From: Tubiluchus corallicola
Lineage: Eukaryota; Animalia; Priapulida
Length of the DNA: 64,000 nucleotides
Direction of reading: 5' to 3'
Assembly (NCBI GenBank): GCA_030141605.1
Contig: JAQGDQ010000594.1
Coordinates: forward strand, 1 to 64,000
Made by a program: the position numbers and the translations under genes. The notes below the pieces were generated by a model, which made no database searches, was not told where the DNA came from, and was given only the letters and a program-made list of their open reading frames with translations. Positions 60,601 through 64,000 of the stretch are shown piece after piece; the stretch's first letter is position 1, and the number at the start of each line of letters is the position of its first letter.

Positions 60601-63600
60601 TACCATACTTTAAAATAACCTGTTCTACCCCTTTAATAAGATTAATAATAAAGCAAATTTATCGACATTACAACTATGCTTTTGTCAAAAATGAAGGAAA
60701 ATATTAAATAATGCTCATAAATATAGAAATTTAACAGGAAGTATAATTTTACACAATATCAAGTACTACAATTTATGCTCTAACTAAGATTAAAATTTCC
60801 AGATATTAACGAATTAGTGAACTCTGTTGTGTATAAATTATATGCATCAAGTGTTGTGGTGGCATATGTTCTTGTTCAAGAACACTCCTTTATCTTGCTG
60901 TAGACTGTTAAAGGAATACCAATCTTGAACTAAAGCTCAATACAATGTACCCAATAAACTATTGGAAGGAAACGTATTATTTTTTCCAGAATGACTTTCA
61001 TGAAAGAATTATTACCACAGAATTACCACAGAAACTCCCGTTCACGCGGTTCGTTATTTGCTTTTACCCGCATTTCGTCATTCATTTGTTAGACGGGCAC
61101 CAGCGCCTTCATCTCGGAAACTGGCGCTGTACTTTTCGGTTCAGACGTGACGTTGTGCACACGTTCGAAAGCTCATGCATGAGCACAGCTAGAAATTTGA
61201 ATTTTAAATTTTGAAATTTGCCGAGTTTTTGTATTTCACACTTAATGTTGTGCAGTGGCACTGTTCTTCCATTTTCGTTTTTGCAAACATGTGAACAAGC
61301 TCACGAAATGTTTGTGCTGATGAAAATTACGTTTACCTGTGATGTCGTCACTATTTGGGCTCGCGAACATTAATTAATTCATTATTATTTAATTATCAGA
61401 AGCACTTTGGCATTATTATACGTGTTAAAATGTAGACTTTTTACTTTGCTTCAAAATGTGTTATGATATGAAAATTCACTCTGTTTTCCTGCAAATCATT
61501 TGGTAAAATGCACTGGAATACAAATTCGTAGTTTCTTTTTATTTTTGATACGTAATAACAGTTACATCCAAGTAGTGAATTCGCTTCATCCATATTTTAA
61601 GAAATGATTTAATTGCTTTGCTACCTTGTCTAAAACTCATTCTTATCACTTTCAACGAGTTTTAACCAATTAAGCGACAAGTAGTCAAATCTGCCAAAAT
61701 GATTCGTTATTTTCCATCTCTCTAGGATTCAACTGCGACAGTTTATTGCAATGATCGGCCAATTTCCACAATTTTCCCAATTAGCACGATTGCGATGTCA
61801 ATCGTCATTCCGTACCATCACAAGCCGTCATCCCGTTTGATGCCTTTTTGCATTTTGGTTCTCAATAAATAATGTGTTTCTTCAATGTCGCTTCAATGTC
61901 ATCGGGGAATTGAAATCACAGTTTAACCAGGCTTGATCAACCGATAAATGTTGTTTGCAAAGTGCCTTCTGCACCCACATTTCACAAAAAGGTGAAATAT
62001 TTGCTAAGCCATCTCTTAAGCTACGAATTTCGTACTGTTTTAGTTAGTAAAAAAGTGCGACAAATCAACGAAAAGCTTGCTTCTGTCTGCCAGCGTATTG
62101 TATCTTTGGATAGAAGAAAGAGAACAAGAATGCACAGAACAAGAATGCACTAAATAATTATAGATTTTTTTATTTAATAATAATGATAGCACAATCACTA
62201 ATGAAGCAGTGAATCCACACCACACAATACACACCATTCACTACCACAATACACACCATTCACTACCACAATACACACCATTCACTACCACAATACACAC
62301 CATTCACTACCACAATACACACCATTCACTACCACAATACACACCATTCACTACCACAATACACACCATTCACTACCACAATACACACCATTCACTACCA
62401 CAATACACACCATTCACTACCACAATACACACCATTCACTACCACAATACACACCATTCACTACCACAATACACACCATTCACTACCACAATACACACCA
62501 TTCACTACCACAATACACACCATTCACTACCACAATACACACCATTCACTACCACAAGACACAAGATTCGTTACCACAATACACACCATTCACTACCACA
62601 ATACACACCATTCACTACCACAATACACACCATTCACTACCACAATACACACCATTCCACTACCACAATACACACCATTCACTACCACAAGACACAAGAT
62701 TCGTTACCACAATACACACCATTCACTACCACAATACACACCATTCACTACCACAATACACACCATTCACTACCACAATACACACCATTCACTACCACAA
62801 TACACACCATTCACTACCACAATACACACCATTCACTACCACAATACACACCATTCACTACCACAAGACACAAGATTCGTTACCACAATACACACCATTC
62901 ACTACCACAATACACACCATTCACTACCACAATACACACCATTCACTACCACAATACACACCATTCACTACCACAATACACACCATTTACTACCACAATA
63001 TACACCATTCATTACCACAAGACACAACATTGATTACCACAATACACACCATTCACTACCACAATACACAACCCTCAGGTTTAACTTTCGGGTTTATTGC
63101 TCTTATACCATTGCTATTATTACATCATTTACTTCGTACTTATTTACTTTAAGTTATCTACAGAAGCATGCATAACTATAATTATTTTTTCATTTAAGTA
63201 AGGTGAGTTTGTTAATGACCGTATGGTCGTACACTCACCTCGCACTAGTCAAATTATTTTATTTAAAGTTTATTAATGTGTTTGATATTGTATTTTTTAT
63301 TGTGTGAAATAAAATTCATAGTTCATAGTTCCTCATTAGCACAATACACAAGATTCATTACCACAATACACACCATTCACTACCACAATACACAACCTTC
63401 ATTACCACAATGCACAACATTCATTATCACAATACACAATGTTCATTACGCAATACATGCCATTCATTACCACAATACACAACCTTCATTACCACAATGC
63501 ACAACATTCATTATCACAATACGCAATACACAATATTTGTTACCATTAGTGTTCGTTCTACCATGTTATTAGTGACATTTTAAACCTACTCTCTTCTTAC

Positions 63601-63982
63601 CCTCGTGGGTTTCTACATTCCAGATCATAATACAATGTCCAGTACTTGCTTGCATTGTTGTTCTTGTATTTGTGGTCAGTTTGTCTTGAAGTCACGGGTC
63701 GCAGTTTTTTGGTTCACGGTGCATTCTGGGGTGTTATAGGTCACTTGAGCTTGTTTTTTGTTGTGGCTTTTTGAAAAGCTTCTGGTTTCATTTTTTCATC
63801 GCATTTTTTTATCATCTTGTCTTTTTCTAATTTAGTTCAACGACGGAAGTAGACTAGGCTTACCTGGTTATGATATGAACGTCATACCTGTATGGAGACA
63901 GGGGTACACGGGCAGAGGTGTCATCGTCTGCATTGTTGATGACGGCGTCGATCATTCTCATCCCGATCTCAGCGAAAATTTT
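57653..63982 (+). CDS. Subtilisin/kexin-like proprotein convertase (PCSK/furin family), 5' part; continues beyond the window
   Basis: Exons 57653-57841, 59460-59567, 59908-60054, 63836-63982 (all phase 0). Signal peptide MRKRKVGFLLLCALAISSTWG; prodomain FTNKFVV..VKRS..VEWIEQ; maturation site RVKR; DPNYQDQWYL; DMNVIPVWRQGYTGRGVIVCIVDDG (catalytic Asp) ..HPDL. Confidence 0.93.
62217..63072. repeat. 22-bp minisatellite (CATTCACTACCACAATACACAC), ~39 copies; degenerate continuation at 63340-63545
   Basis: Direct observation; ORF 62209..63033 shows the 22-aa (3 x 22 nt) cyclic pattern of a stop-free repeat. Confidence 0.97.
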
Positions 63983-64000
63983 GTACGTACCAGCGTGTTG

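Noticed and set aside
62209-63033. His/Thr-rich 274-aa protein
   Set aside because: Cyclic translation of a stop-free 22-bp minisatellite within a convertase intron.

Overview
AT-rich, intron-rich, repeat-dense animal (bilaterian invertebrate, probably protostome) genomic DNA; the ORF track catches only exon fragments. Five spliced genes can be rebuilt with GT-AG junctions and consistent phases. They are LACTB (minus, 6 coding exons), riboflavin kinase RFK (plus), a RabX4-like GTPase (minus, 6 exons), SMUG1 uracil-DNA glycosylase (plus, 3 exons) and the first four coding exons of a kexin/furin-family proprotein convertase (plus, runs off the end). LACTB/RFK and RabX4/SMUG1 are head-to-head. 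The rest is MITEs, LINE/SINE and Gypsy remnants, a solo LTR and about ten tandem arrays. The strongest unusual signal is a second, diverged, splice-intact copy of the RFK first coding exon (GFGRG...PT/AN nucleotide-binding loop). Also notable: an 18S rRNA fragment bracketed by inverted repeats inside a SMUG1 intron whose two junctions both read AG|GTAAG, and tandem arrays seeded from local sequence (LACTB stop codon, a MITE terminus, a LINE). Homology calls are from recall of family motifs, not from searches.
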